NCBI GenBank assembly: GCA_044376405.1
Contig: JBILKZ010000006.1
Span: 1 to 54,351 of the forward strand
Length of the DNA: 54,351 bases
DNA from: Pirellulales bacterium
Lineage (GTDB): Bacteria > Planctomycetota > Planctomycetia > Pirellulales > UBA1268
Reading direction: 5' to 3'
Shown: positions 20,540-30,746 of the stretch, piece after piece
Position numbering within the stretch: position 1 is the first letter of the stretch
Layout of the letters: each line of letters starts with the position of its first letter
The notes under the pieces: generated by a model
Database searches by the model: none
The model's input: the letters and a program-made list of their open reading frames with translations, nothing else
Told to the model about the DNA's origin: nothing
Made by a program: the position numbers and the translations under genes

Positions 20540-21391
20540 CTACAACGCCGCGATCGCTTCGCGGGCGGCCTGTTCGCAGGCCTTGATGTCGGCGAGCGGG
20601 TTCTGCGGGTTTTCCTCGTACTCGACCGAGAGGGCTCCGTCGGCGGGGAAGTCAGCGGCGACGAGTGCGGCCATCACGGCCGGCACGTCCATGTGACCCT
20701 TGCCAAGAATCACGCCCTTCGTCTTGTCCTGCATCTCTGCAAAGTCCTTCAAGTGGATGCCGTAGAGTCTGCCCTTCAGCAGCCTGATCACCTCCACCGG
20801 CCGTTCGCCCGACCGCAGGTAGTGGCCGAGGTCGGCGCAGGCCCCGATGCGTGGGTCATATTTTTCCACGGCATGCAGGACGTCGATAGCCTTGTTGTAG
20901 CGATGCGTCGGACCGTGATTGTGGATCGCGATCCTGACGTCGAACTCCTTCACGAGTTCATCGAGGCTCGCGAAGGAATCGGGGTCGGGATCGGCGCCAA
21001 ACGTCTTGATACCGGCGGCCTTCGCGAATTCGAACATCTTTCGGTTGGCTGCGGCATCCTTGGTGAATCGGTTCACGCCATGGGCCGAGATCGTGAGGCC
21101 GAGGTCTGCCAGCTTCTTCTTCATGGCGTCGATCGCGGCGGCATCGGAGGCGATCGGATACATGCCGGAATAGAACTCCACGAACGTGAAGCCCAGATCG
21201 CGGGTGTGCTGGAGCGCCTCGTCCACCTTGTAGTTGCGGAGCGAATAGATCTGCAGGCCCAGGTTGAGATTGCTGGCCGAGGCTGCACTGGCCAGGCGAC
21301 GCAGCGGAGAGAGGGGCGATAGCGGCGAAAGTGCGACGGCGCCGGCCGTGCCGGCGAGGAATGAGCGACGAGAGAGATTCGTGCTGGGCAT
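20540..21391 (-). CDS. Tat-exported sugar phosphate isomerase/epimerase (TIM barrel, AP endonuclease 2 family)
   Basis: SRRSFL twin-arginine signal, IAIHNHG, DLGH, IHLKD, SVEYE. Confidence 0.85.
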   Translation of the reverse strand: MPSTNLSRRSFLAGTAGAVALSPLSPLSPLRRLASAASASNLNLGLQIYSLRNYKVDEALQHTRDLGFTFVEFYSGMYPIASDAAAIDAMKKKLADLGLTISAHGVNRFTKDAAANRKMFEFAKAAGIKTFGADPDPDSFASLDELVKEFDVRIAIHNHGPTHRYNKAIDVLHAVEKYDPRIGACADLGHYLRSGERPVEVIRLLKGRLYGIHLKDFAEMQDKTKGVILGKGHMDVPAVMAALVAADFPADGALSVEYEENPQNPLADIKACEQAAREAIAAL

Positions 21392-21478
21392 CGGGGCGAC
21401 TCCTGCGTGTGAAGAACCAGTCGGCATCGTAAGATAGTTCAATCACAAGTCCCCTGCACGCCGCACGGAAAACCCCCG

Positions 21479-22777
21479 ATGTCCACGATGTCCGCCCCTG
21501 CCGCAGCCCCCGGCAATTCCTCCGCCCTGAAGTCGCACTGCCGCTCGATTGCCGAGCGGGCACGACGGGCGGCCATCGATCTGGCCGGCGTGCCCGGCGA
21601 CAAGAAGGCCGCCTGCCTGCGGGCCGCCGCCGCCGCCATTCGGGCCGACGTCGCCGAGATTCTCGCGGCCAACAAACTCGACCTCGCAGCCGCCCCCGGC
21701 TTCGGTCTGACGGCCGCCGCCATCGACCGGCTCACGCTCGATCCCAAGCGGGTGGATGGGATCGCCGCGGGCGTCGAGGCGGTGGCGCTGCTGCCCGATC
21801 CAGTGGGCGAGGTGATCGAGGAATCGAGGCAGCCGAGCGGGCTGATGGTCCGCAAGATTCGGGTGCCGCTGGGTGTTGTGTTTTTCATCTACGAGTCGCG
21901 GCCCAATGTCACGGCCGATGCGGCGGCGGTGGCCCTCGCGGCCGGCAATGCCATCATCCTCCGCGGCGGCAAGGAGGCGGCCCATTCCAGTGCGCGGATC
22001 GTGGAAAGCATGCGGAGAGCGATCGCGGCCGCCAGCCTGCCTGCCGATTGCGTGCAATTGGTCGATACCGCCGATCGGGAAGCAGTCGGTGCGTTTCTCG
22101 AGATGGACGACCTCATCGACATCGTCATTCCGCGTGGGGGCGAGGCCCTCATTCGCCGCGTCTGTTCGGAGGCGCGGATGCCGGTGCTCAAGCACTTCAC
22201 GGGCAACTGCCATGTCTACGTCGATCGGTCGGCCGACCTCGCCATGGCGAAGTCCATCACCGTCAATGCGAAGTGCCAACGGATGGGCGTCTGCAACGCC
22301 GCCGAATCGCTGCTCGTGCACCGCGACGTGGCCGAACGGTTTCTTCCCGACATCGCCGCCGCTCTCGATGCGCACACGGTCGAGATCGTCGGCGACGCCG
22401 CCACACGCCGGCTCGTGCCTGCGGCGGGCGTGGCGAGCGAGGCCGATTTCGCTACGGAATATCTCGGTCCGAAGATCTCGGTGGCCGTGGTCGATTCGGT
22501 CGACGCGGCGATCGACCACATCAACCGCTACGGCTCCCGGCACACCGATGCGATCGTGTCGGCCGACCAGGCCGCGATCGACCGGTTTGCGGCCCGCGTC
22601 GATACGGCAGTGGTGATGATCAACGCCAGCACCCGGTTCAACGACGGCGGCGAGATGGGGCTGGGCGCCGAGATCGGCATCTCCACCGACAAGCTTCACG
22701 CCCGGGGCCCGTGCGGCACGCGGGAACTCACAACCTATAAATATGTCGTGATCGGGAGCGGGCAGGTGCGGTCGTGA
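21479..22777 (+). CDS. proA: gamma-glutamyl phosphate reductase
   Basis: IYESRPNVT, IPRGG, CNAAESLLVH, NASTRFNDG, EIGISTDKLHARGP. Confidence 0.96.
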   Translation: MSTMSAPAAAPGNSSALKSHCRSIAERARRAAIDLAGVPGDKKAACLRAAAAAIRADVAEILAANKLDLAAAPGFGLTAAAIDRLTLDPKRVDGIAAGVEAVALLPDPVGEVIEESRQPSGLMVRKIRVPLGVVFFIYESRPNVTADAAAVALAAGNAIILRGGKEAAHSSARIVESMRRAIAAASLPADCVQLVDTADREAVGAFLEMDDLIDIVIPRGGEALIRRVCSEARMPVLKHFTGNCHVYVDRSADLAMAKSITVNAKCQRMGVCNAAESLLVHRDVAERFLPDIAAALDAHTVEIVGDAATRRLVPAAGVASEADFATEYLGPKISVAVVDSVDAAIDHINRYGSRHTDAIVSADQAAIDRFAARVDTAVVMINASTRFNDGGEMGLGAEIGISTDKLHARGPCGTRELTTYKYVVIGSGQVRS

Positions 22778-24897
22778 GGTTCTTCACTCCCGGATCATCG
22801 CGCCTCCTTCGTTCCCTTTTTGTGTGGAGCATCATTGTGGCCGTGTCTGAATCCGCCTTCGCGAACGAGCCTGCCGACCCTTATCTCTGGCTGGAGGAGG
22901 TCACCGGTGAGAAGCAACTCGAGTGGGTGCGCAGCCGCAACGCTGCATGTGTGGCGTCGCTGGCCGGCTCAGACCGGTTCACGACCCTCGAGGCAAGGAT
23001 CCGCGGCATCCTCGACTCGAAGGAGCGGATTCCGATGGTCACGAAGATCGGTGACCGCTTCTACAACGTCTGGCGGGATGCCGCGCACCCCAAGGGGCTG
23101 TGGCGGCGGACGACGCTCGACGAATACCGCAAACCTGAGCCTGCCTGGGAGACCGTGCTCGACCTCGATGCGCTCTCGGTGCAGGAGGGGGAAAACTGGG
23201 TCTGGCACGGCGCCTCCGTGCTCGAGCCGGCGGATCGGCTCTGCCTTGTGTCGCTCTCCCGCGGTGGCGCCGACGCCGACGTGGTGCGAGAGTTCGACCT
23301 GGAAAAGAAGGCATTCGTGCCGGGCGGTTTCACACTGCCGGAGGCCAAGAGCCGTATCGCCTGGCGGAGTGCCGACAGTCTGTTTGTCGCCACCGATTTC
23401 GGCCCCGGGTCGCTCACCGACTCCGGCTACCCGCGGACGATCCGCGAGTGGCCCCGCGGCACGCAGCTTGCCGCCGCGCCGGTCGTCTACGAAGGCCAGT
23501 CCGACGATATGAGCGTGACCGCCTGGCGCGACCTCACGCCCGGCTTCGAACGTGACTTTGTCGTTCGACAGAAGACCTTCTACACGAGCGAGATGTTCCT
23601 TCGCCGTGACGGGCGACTCGTGAAGATCGAGAAGCCGGACGATGCGTCGGCTGCGGTGCATCGAGAGTGGCTGCTGCTCGAACTGCGGAGTCCGTGGACT
23701 GTGGCCGGCACGACCTATCCGGCCGGCAGCCTGCTGGCGGCCGACCTGGAAGGTTTTCTCGCTGGTGATCGCCCGATCCACACGCTCTTCGAGCCCACGC
23801 CGCGGACGTCGCTGATATCCTTCGCCACCACGCGAAACCATCTGATCGTCACCACGCTCGACAACGTCCAGAACCGGCTGTTCACGCTGACCTTTCGAGA
23901 TGGCGCCTGGCAACGCCAGCCTCTGCAGGGCCTCCCCGAATATGGCACGGCCTCGTGCATTCCGGTCGACGAACTGGAGACCGATGAGTTTTTCCTGATC
24001 ACAGCCAGTTCGCTCCAGCCATCGACGCTGTCGCTGGGAAACGTCGGCGGCTCGGCCCAGACTCCGGCACCAGAGCGGCTCAAGCAGTCGCCGGCGTTTT
24101 TCGACGCCGCCGGGCTGCGGGTGAGCCAGCATGGGGCGGTTTCCAAAGATGGCACGCGGGTGCCGTATTTCCAGATCGGCCCCGAGAACCTACCTGCCGA
24201 TGGCAGTACACCGACGTTGCTCTATGGCTACGGCGGCTTCGAGATTCCGCTGCTGCCGGGCTACGAGCCGATTGCGGGCGCCGCGTGGCTGGAGCGCAAG
24301 CATGTCTATGTGATCGCCAACATCCGTGGTGGCGGCGAATTCGGGCCGGAGTGGCATCAGGCGGCCCTGAAGGCCAAGCGTCCCCGAGCCTATGAAGACT
24401 TCATCGCGGTGGCAGAGGACTTGATTGCCCGGAAGGTCACGTCGCCCAAGCACCTGGGCATCAAGGGGGGCAGTAACGGCGGTCTGCTGATGGGCAACAT
24501 GCTGACGATGCGGCCCGATCTCTTCGGCGGCATCGTCTGCCAGGTGCCGCTGCTCGACATGCGGCGGTATCACACGCTGCTGGCCGGCGCGAGCTGGATG
24601 GGCGAATACGGCAACCCCGACAATCCGGAGGAGTGGGCATTCATCCGCGGATTTTCACCGTATCACAATCTGGACCGCGAGCAGACGTATCCGCCGATCC
24701 TGATCACCACGTCCACGCGGGATGACCGCGTCCACCCAGGCCACGCCCGCAAGATGACGGCGCGGCTCGAGGAGCTGGGCAAGCAGGTGCTCTCTTATGA
24801 GAACATCGAAGGCGGCCACGGCGGCGCAGCCGATAATCGGCAGCGGGCCTTCATGGACGCACTCGGCTACACGTTCCTCGACCGCGAACTAAAGTGA
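22774..24897 (+). CDS. prolyl oligopeptidase (S9A), probably secreted
   Basis: DPYLWLEE, GGSNGGLL, DDRVHPGH, GGHG catalytic motifs. Confidence 0.93.
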   Translation: MRFFTPGSSRLLRSLFVWSIIVAVSESAFANEPADPYLWLEEVTGEKQLEWVRSRNAACVASLAGSDRFTTLEARIRGILDSKERIPMVTKIGDRFYNVWRDAAHPKGLWRRTTLDEYRKPEPAWETVLDLDALSVQEGENWVWHGASVLEPADRLCLVSLSRGGADADVVREFDLEKKAFVPGGFTLPEAKSRIAWRSADSLFVATDFGPGSLTDSGYPRTIREWPRGTQLAAAPVVYEGQSDDMSVTAWRDLTPGFERDFVVRQKTFYTSEMFLRRDGRLVKIEKPDDASAAVHREWLLLELRSPWTVAGTTYPAGSLLAADLEGFLAGDRPIHTLFEPTPRTSLISFATTRNHLIVTTLDNVQNRLFTLTFRDGAWQRQPLQGLPEYGTASCIPVDELETDEFFLITASSLQPSTLSLGNVGGSAQTPAPERLKQSPAFFDAAGLRVSQHGAVSKDGTRVPYFQIGPENLPADGSTPTLLYGYGGFEIPLLPGYEPIAGAAWLERKHVYVIANIRGGGEFGPEWHQAALKAKRPRAYEDFIAVAEDLIARKVTSPKHLGIKGGSNGGLLMGNMLTMRPDLFGGIVCQVPLLDMRRYHTLLAGASWMGEYGNPDNPEEWAFIRGFSPYHNLDREQTYPPILITTSTRDDRVHPGHARKMTARLEELGKQVLSYENIEGGHGGAADNRQRAFMDALGYTFLDRELK

Positions 24898-24964
24898 TCG
24901 CGCGGCTGCAAGGGCAGCCCCCGGCGCGTGAGGGAAAAATGAGCCGACTGGCTCAGTCGCCTCG

Positions 24965-26269
24965 CTATTGGATCGATTCCACCAGCAGCGTGTGCTTCAC
25001 GGGCTTGAGCTGTGCATGGGCGTCTTTATCGAGCTGCTCCCAGCGGCTCATCAGCTTCCTGGTCAGCGTGCCGGCCGCCTCCTGAAGATCCTTCTCGGTG
25101 CCGATGTCGGGAATGTTGCGGAAGTCGGTGACGATCTGCTTGATCATGAACGTCTCGAACCCCTGCTTGGCGGCGACCGCCCCCTGAAGCTTGGCGAAGG
25201 ACTCGTCGAACGGCGTCTTTGAGAACTCCGCCGGCAGGTTGATGCCTGCCGTCAGCTGCTCCTTTGTGAAGTCGTGGCTCTCGTCGCCCCAGGTGACCTT
25301 GGCCTTCGGAGTCTTCAATCCCGTCACCTTGAGGGTGAAGCGATTGAGGTCCTGATTGAACGCCACGAAGGGGAGGATGCTCCGCGTGCTGCCGCTGCTC
25401 TTGCCATCGCCCTCGAAGCAGAACGGCCAGCGGCTGCTTTCCACGTCGACCGTGGCCTTGCCATCGGCACGCGATGCCGCGACCACGGCGTGGCCCGTGC
25501 TCGGCGTGGTCGCGGCTCCCTGGCTCCCGTTCAGGTCGATCGCAATTTCGCCGATCGTGCCGTCGACGCCGAGACCCTTGAGAAATGCGTAGGCCATGAG
25601 GAGCTGGCCGTTGGGGCCTGGATGGAAGCCGTCACCACCGCAGACGTCGTATTTCGGGCCGAGTGTTTCGTTGGCCTTCTTCATGGCATCGATCATCGCC
25701 GCATGCACGTCGGCGAACCGCTGGTGCTTCTCCTCGGCGAGTTTTTTGTCGATGTCACGGAGATGGGCGAGGGTGTCGTTGTAGGCCACGTGCGACGGCT
25801 GCTCCCCCATCTTCTGTCCCGGGCGGAAGAAGTTGGTGTCGACGGCGCCGGGCGACCCGACCACGACCGACTTCACGCCCAGTTGATCGAGCTTCGTCAG
25901 GACGTTGCGCATGTTCCTCTCGTATCCGGCACCGATCTCGGGCTTCCAGGGCTGATACCCGCCGTCATTCATGCCGTAGCAGAGCGTGACCACGGTAGGC
26001 CGGAACGTGGCGAGGTCGTTTTCCGCACGGTTGGCGAAGCCATCCGCCCGTTCGCCACTCCAGCCGAACTGCATCACCTTCACGTCGGGCACGCCGGAGC
26101 AGGCCAGCAGATAGGATTCGAGAAACTTGCTGTAGAGCTTCTGTTCGGTGATCGAATCGCCCACGATCGCGACGCGGGCGGCAGGCACGACCGCCGACTC
26201 GGCGCGGACGGATCGGGCGGGAAGCAGAGAGGCCGTTGCGATCACGAGCAGTAGGGAAAGACGATTCAT
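24965..26269 (-). CDS. secreted SGNH/GDSL hydrolase
   Basis: Signal peptide, GDSITE, GWSG, YGMND, DGFHP. Confidence 0.88.
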   Translation of the reverse strand: MNRLSLLLVIATASLLPARSVRAESAVVPAARVAIVGDSITEQKLYSKFLESYLLACSGVPDVKVMQFGWSGERADGFANRAENDLATFRPTVVTLCYGMNDGGYQPWKPEIGAGYERNMRNVLTKLDQLGVKSVVVGSPGAVDTNFFRPGQKMGEQPSHVAYNDTLAHLRDIDKKLAEEKHQRFADVHAAMIDAMKKANETLGPKYDVCGGDGFHPGPNGQLLMAYAFLKGLGVDGTIGEIAIDLNGSQGAATTPSTGHAVVAASRADGKATVDVESSRWPFCFEGDGKSSGSTRSILPFVAFNQDLNRFTLKVTGLKTPKAKVTWGDESHDFTKEQLTAGINLPAEFSKTPFDESFAKLQGAVAAKQGFETFMIKQIVTDFRNIPDIGTEKDLQEAAGTLTRKLMSRWEQLDKDAHAQLKPVKHTLLVESIQ

Positions 26270-26461
26270 GGATCATCTCCGGGCGGTGTGGGGTCAATCC
26301 CCGCAAAATGTACGTCGGTGGGTCTTGATTCGCCATGGTTTGGCCGATAATCTCGCGTTCCCGCAAGCTGCGAAAGCTGGGTCAAGTCTGGCGTTTGCGT
26401 TGTTTGGGGTTTTCTTCCCACCATCTTTTTTCACCGCACATTTCCTTTTGGAGGCTCTCCA

Positions 26462-28282
26462 GTGGCACGCCGTGGCATCCCCCCGATCAGCCGAATCCTC
26501 GGAATCGTAGACAACGTTGCAAGCCTTCCGGCACATGGCGAAGTGGGTGACGCCTGGTACGAAGAGGCCCATGGACTGCTCTGGATCTGGGATCATGATC
26601 ACAAGAAGTGGTTCGAAATCGGCCGGCTACAGAATGCATCTCCTGGTCTGATCGCAAGCTTTGCCGAGGCGGTGGGCTTGAGTGGTGGCGCCGCGGGCAG
26701 TGCTGTTGCCGCGGGGTCGCGGGGCGCCGCTGGCGAGCGTGGACCAGCGGGACCGAAGGGAGACAGGGGAGAAATTGGCCCGATCGGTCCGGCGGGCAAG
26801 GATGGTGCTCCTGGCCGCGATGGTGCCTCAGGCAAGGACGGAAAGCCCGGTGCTGAAGGTCCGGCAGGCAAGATTGGCCCGGCCGGTCCGGCGGGTAAGG
26901 ATGGTGCTCCCGGCCGCGATGGTGCCCCGGGCAAGGACGGAAAGCCCGGCCTCAACGGCGCGGCGGGCAAGGATGGAAAGCCCGGCCTCAATGGCGCGGC
27001 GGGCAAGGACGGCGCGGCTGGCAAGGACGGAAAGCCCGGTGCGCAAGGTCCTGCTGGCGCGAAGGGTGAGCGTGGTGCGGCTGGTGAGCGTGGTCTCCCC
27101 GGTGCGCCTGGCAAGGATGGCGCGGCCGGCAAGGATGGCAAGCCTGGCCTCAATGGCGCGGCGGGCAAGGACGGCGCGGCCGGCAAGGACGGAAAGCCCG
27201 GTGCGCAAGGTCCTGCTGGCGCGAAGGGCGAGCGTGGTGCGGCTGGTGAGCGTGGTCTCCCCGGTGCGGCTGGCAAGGATGGCGCGGCCGGCAAGGATGG
27301 AAAGCCTGGCCTCAATGGCGCGGCGGGCAAGGACGGCGCGGCGGGCAAGGATGGAAAGCCCGGCCTCAATGGTGCGGCAGGCAAAGACGGAAAGCCTGGT
27401 GCGCAAGGTCCTGCCGGCGCGAAGGGTGAGCGTGGTCTCCCCGGTGCGGCTGGCAAGGATGGCGCGGCCGGTAAGGACGGCAAGTCTGGTGCGCAAGGTC
27501 CTGCTGGTGCGAAGGGTGAGCGTGGTCTCCCCGGTGCCGCTGGCAAGGACGGCGCGGCGGGCAAGGATGGAAAGGACGGAAAGCCGGGCGCCAAGGGTGA
27601 GGCTGGTGCCAGCGGCAAGGACGGGAAAGACGGGAAGGCTGGTCCGCAAGGCCCTGCCGGGACGAAGGGCGAGCGTGGACCGGCAGGTCCGGCTGGCGTG
27701 GCCGGCAAGGATGGAAAGGACGGAAAGGACGGAAAGGACGGAAAGCCGGGTGCCAAGGGTGAGGCTGGTGCCAGCGGCAAGGACGGGAAAGATGGCAAGG
27801 CTGGCAAGGCTGGTGGGCAAGGCCCCGCCGGTGCGAAGGGCGAGCGTGGTCCGGCAGGTCCGGCAGGTCCGGCAGGCCCCGCTGGTCCTGCGGGTGAGTC
27901 GAGCGGTAACCGGTCTACAGGTGCCCGGCAGATCACCTCGCTGCTCGACGCCCCTTCGGGAGCGGGGATTGAGAACGCCGTGCTTCGGCGGGTTGGCAAC
28001 ACCGTGGAACTTGCGATCAGCGGGCTCCGCAGCAAAAAGCGTCTGAAGGCTGTGCTGGGCAAGGTGCCGGATGGGTTCCGTCCCAGCCATCACCAGAGCC
28101 TGGTGACGTCGGACAGCGACTTCCACCATGTGCGGTTTGAGGTCGGTTCCAAGCGTTCGCCGACGATCGCTGTGAACCAGCCGACGTCTGCCGACGGCCT
28201 GTCGGATGTCTCAACCTCGCTCGTGTGGCTGACCGACGACGAATGGCCAAGCAAGTTGCCCGGCAAGGAGTGGAAGCGATAG
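26462..28282 (+). CDS. collagen-like protein with phage-tail-fibre-like terminal domains
   Basis: GGAGG RBS and GTG start; Gly-X-Y tract 26714-27901; globular N- and C-terminal domains; no signal peptide. Confidence 0.88.
   Translation: MARRGIPPISRILGIVDNVASLPAHGEVGDAWYEEAHGLLWIWDHDHKKWFEIGRLQNASPGLIASFAEAVGLSGGAAGSAVAAGSRGAAGERGPAGPKGDRGEIGPIGPAGKDGAPGRDGASGKDGKPGAEGPAGKIGPAGPAGKDGAPGRDGAPGKDGKPGLNGAAGKDGKPGLNGAAGKDGAAGKDGKPGAQGPAGAKGERGAAGERGLPGAPGKDGAAGKDGKPGLNGAAGKDGAAGKDGKPGAQGPAGAKGERGAAGERGLPGAAGKDGAAGKDGKPGLNGAAGKDGAAGKDGKPGLNGAAGKDGKPGAQGPAGAKGERGLPGAAGKDGAAGKDGKSGAQGPAGAKGERGLPGAAGKDGAAGKDGKDGKPGAKGEAGASGKDGKDGKAGPQGPAGTKGERGPAGPAGVAGKDGKDGKDGKDGKPGAKGEAGASGKDGKDGKAGKAGGQGPAGAKGERGPAGPAGPAGPAGPAGESSGNRSTGARQITSLLDAPSGAGIENAVLRRVGNTVELAISGLRSKKRLKAVLGKVPDGFRPSHHQSLVTSDSDFHHVRFEVGSKRSPTIAVNQPTSADGLSDVSTSLVWLTDDEWPSKLPGKEWKR
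26714..27901 (+). repeat. collagen Gly-X-Y coding repeat (1188 bp, 132 triplets) with higher-order duplicated blocks
   Basis: Recurrent [24 protein letters not shown] units. Confidence 0.95.
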
Positions 28283-28326
28283 TCGCGTCCTTTCCCACGG
28301 CCTGCGGCCGAATATCGATTGCAACA

Positions 28327-28361
28327 AGGGGCGTACCTTACGATCTGTGAGGTACGCCCCT
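28327..28361. terminator. 12-bp perfect hairpin (terminator or REP-like)
   Basis: AGGGGCGTACCT-N11-AGGTACGCCCCT between convergent genes; no U-tract. Confidence 0.5.
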
Positions 28362-28428
28362 GCCATGTACGGTCTGAGCCGGGAGATATGGCTGTGCGCC
28401 GGCTCCTCCCATCGCTCACGCTCTTGGC

Positions 28429-28543
28429 TTGCATGATGCAGTTGAATCGAACGATTCCCGATCCAGCCTTATGCAGCGAGATGGCGGCAATTCCGAGGAG
28501 CGTTTCGTGGCGTGCATCCTTTGGGGAATCGCGTCTTATCGGT
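28429..28543 (-). pseudogene. internally deleted relic of a KAS III-like gene
   Basis: Translates KDARHETLLGIAAISLH|KAGSGIVRFNCIMQ, versus MDARHETPLGIAAIALH and HQAGSGIVRFTGMQ in the 29474-30589 protein; ATG replaced by AAG. Confidence 0.8.
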
Positions 28544-28630
28544 ACGGCAGCCGGCGAAGCGGCCACCGGATAACGAGAGGCACGAGGATTGACAACGGCC
28601 CAGCGGCAACTGGCTCGGACCTGCCTACGG

Positions 28631-29446
28631 TCAGCGTGCCAGCAGCGGAGGCTGCACTTGCGGCTGCGTTTGCGGCTGAGGCTGGGTGTGTGCCTGGAGC
28701 GCAGCGACGACGGATTGGGAGATTTCCTGGGCGAGCCGCTGCTGCTGGGTGACGTCGGCGACGCCGCTCTGGGTCGCCACCGCCCTGCCGACGACCACGG
28801 CGGGATTGAAGCCGGTGACGGCCCCGAGCGCCAGCGTGCCCGGGATCATCCGTCCCTTGTCTGAGCTGTCGAGAACCAGGAACGGGTGGCCGCCCGCCGT
28901 GGCCGGGTCCGACAGCATCACGTCGATGCCGATCGTCTTGTTGCCGACACCGAAGCCGACGAGGTTTTTCGCCACGACACTGCCCTCGCTCAGGCTCACG
29001 ATCTGGCCGTTGAGCAGCCAGCCATCCGCTGGCGGCAGGCCCGGACCGGCCCACTGCACCGCCGGCAGTCCGGCCCGGTCGAGTTCCTCGGTCAGCATTT
29101 TTGCCGCCGTGAATCCCATGGGTTGGCTGCGGTCGTATCCGGTGACCATGTCGATCACCCTCGGTCTCGAGGCGAGCATCTGCTGCACCGGGCCCTGTGG
29201 GAGGATGCTGTTCTGGGACTGTTGTTGGAGTTGTTCCGCCAGTCCGGGCTCGATCGTGAACGGCATCACATAGATCCGGGCCGGCGGACGGACCGGCCAC
29301 GGCGTGGCAACCGCCTGCGCGGTCGATGCGGTGGGGCCGAACGACGGGAACTGCCCGCGGGCGACTGCACCCTGACAGCACGCAAGGACTGCCACGCCCA
29401 TCGTGATCCAGGTTCCGCGGGCTTTCATGACGAACTGGTTGATCAT
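28631..29446 (-). CDS. exported hypothetical protein, DUF4410-like
   Basis: Signal-like N-terminus, IYVMPF, EGS...VGFGVG pattern, PQ-rich tail. Confidence 0.6.
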   Translation of the reverse strand: MINQFVMKARGTWITMGVAVLACCQGAVARGQFPSFGPTASTAQAVATPWPVRPPARIYVMPFTIEPGLAEQLQQQSQNSILPQGPVQQMLASRPRVIDMVTGYDRSQPMGFTAAKMLTEELDRAGLPAVQWAGPGLPPADGWLLNGQIVSLSEGSVVAKNLVGFGVGNKTIGIDVMLSDPATAGGHPFLVLDSSDKGRMIPGTLALGAVTGFNPAVVVGRAVATQSGVADVTQQQRLAQEISQSVVAALQAHTQPQPQTQPQVQPPLLAR

Positions 29447-29473
29447 CTCGGTGCACTCTCGGAAAGGCTGTGG

Positions 29474-30589
29474 TCAGGCTGCGGCGCTGGCCTGCCGCTC
29501 GTGGAACGGTGTGGCACGCAGCAGGATGCAGCCCTGAAGGACCTCGGGCCTGCCGGGGCTGCCGACCGCGGCGGTGGGGCAGGCGATGAGCCCGCGGAGC
29601 CTTCCCCATGTGTCTTTGAGGGCGTGGGGAATCGAGCAGGCGCTGACATTGCCAGTCCGTTTGGTGAGCCCATTGACGAGTTCGCCACCGACGCCGTACC
29701 CGTCGAGTTGCATGCCGGTAAACCGGACGATGCCTGAGCCGGCCTGATGCGGCACGACGAAGCTCACGTCGCCGCCGGAAAGGCCCGCATCGGCGAGCGC
29801 CTTAGCGGTGGCAGCCGACATGGCCCGCGGGGCGATCTCTGCGATCGCCATGCCGTCGAGCGAGTAGACCAGCCGCGTGTCGGCGTGGGCTGTGCCACCG
29901 CCCGGTGAGGGCATGGGCACCTGTGGCCGCAGGTGGAAATCGAACGTGGGCCGCTCGGACGGCTGCTTCTCGGCGTTGGCGTGAACGATCTTGAAATGCA
30001 CCGGATGCTTCCGACTCATCACGGGTGCGAGCAGGGTGGCCGACGCCATGTCGCCAAAGAGGCCGGCGGTCTGGGGACTGCTGTAGTCGGTGATGCGACT
30101 GATACGGGTAGCGGCGACGACGAGCAGGAATTCGTCGCGTCGCAGGCCAAGCCGCGGGGCCCAGCGTCGGCAGACGAGCGAGAACGCCCGGCTGTAGCCA
30201 CAGCAGAACCAGTTCAGGCCGATGGTGCGGCAGCGTCGCATGCCGAGTTCGCGGGTCAGTTGCCGGGCGGCGCGACTCGGCCGCTCTCTCGCCTGCTCGG
30301 CGGGTTCGAGGTGCTGTCGGGCGATCGACGGCGGGATGAAGGAGGGCGACACGAAGACGATGCCGCGGCAGTCGGCCAGATTGCAGCCGGTCTCCCGCTG
30401 GAGTTGGCGGACGGCGTGCAGGCCCATCGTCACTTCGTCGTCGAGGGAGATCCCGCGAGCCTCGATGCCGGTGTGGTGGGCGAACTTGCGAGGCATCGAG
30501 TCGCCGAACCAGGCGTTCTCCAGCTCCCAGGAAGGCTGGTGCAACGCGATGGCGGCGATGCCGAGGGGCGTTTCGTGGCGTGCGTCCAT
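29474..30589 (-). CDS. divergent 3-oxoacyl-ACP synthase III (FabH-like) condensing enzyme
   Basis: TGIEARGI, WFCCGY (Cys), LFGDMASA, VPHQAG (His), TGNVSACSIP (Asn). Confidence 0.8.
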   Translation of the reverse strand: MDARHETPLGIAAIALHQPSWELENAWFGDSMPRKFAHHTGIEARGISLDDEVTMGLHAVRQLQRETGCNLADCRGIVFVSPSFIPPSIARQHLEPAEQARERPSRAARQLTRELGMRRCRTIGLNWFCCGYSRAFSLVCRRWAPRLGLRRDEFLLVVAATRISRITDYSSPQTAGLFGDMASATLLAPVMSRKHPVHFKIVHANAEKQPSERPTFDFHLRPQVPMPSPGGGTAHADTRLVYSLDGMAIAEIAPRAMSAATAKALADAGLSGGDVSFVVPHQAGSGIVRFTGMQLDGYGVGGELVNGLTKRTGNVSACSIPHALKDTWGRLRGLIACPTAAVGSPGRPEVLQGCILLRATPFHERQASAAA

Positions 30590-30746
30590 GGGGGCTCGTG
30601 TCGCGTCGGGAGACAGGTGCCGCTGTCGACGGCCGGGGGCCGACGGGGGGCGGGATTGTGGCGTTCCGCGGCTGCCGGGGCCAGCGAGAAATCAGCCGCG
30701 AAAACCGCGTGCAGGGTAGAAATGCGACGCGGCAGCCGACGCACCA

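Noticed and set aside
26599-28129. Long alternative-frame and antisense ORFs over the collagen gene
   Set aside because: Stop-free shadows of the GC-rich Gly-X-Y repeat.
28429-30589. Diversity-generating retroelement template/variable repeat pair
   Set aside because: Mismatches are mostly synonymous third-position changes rather than adenine-specific, and no reverse transcriptase is present.
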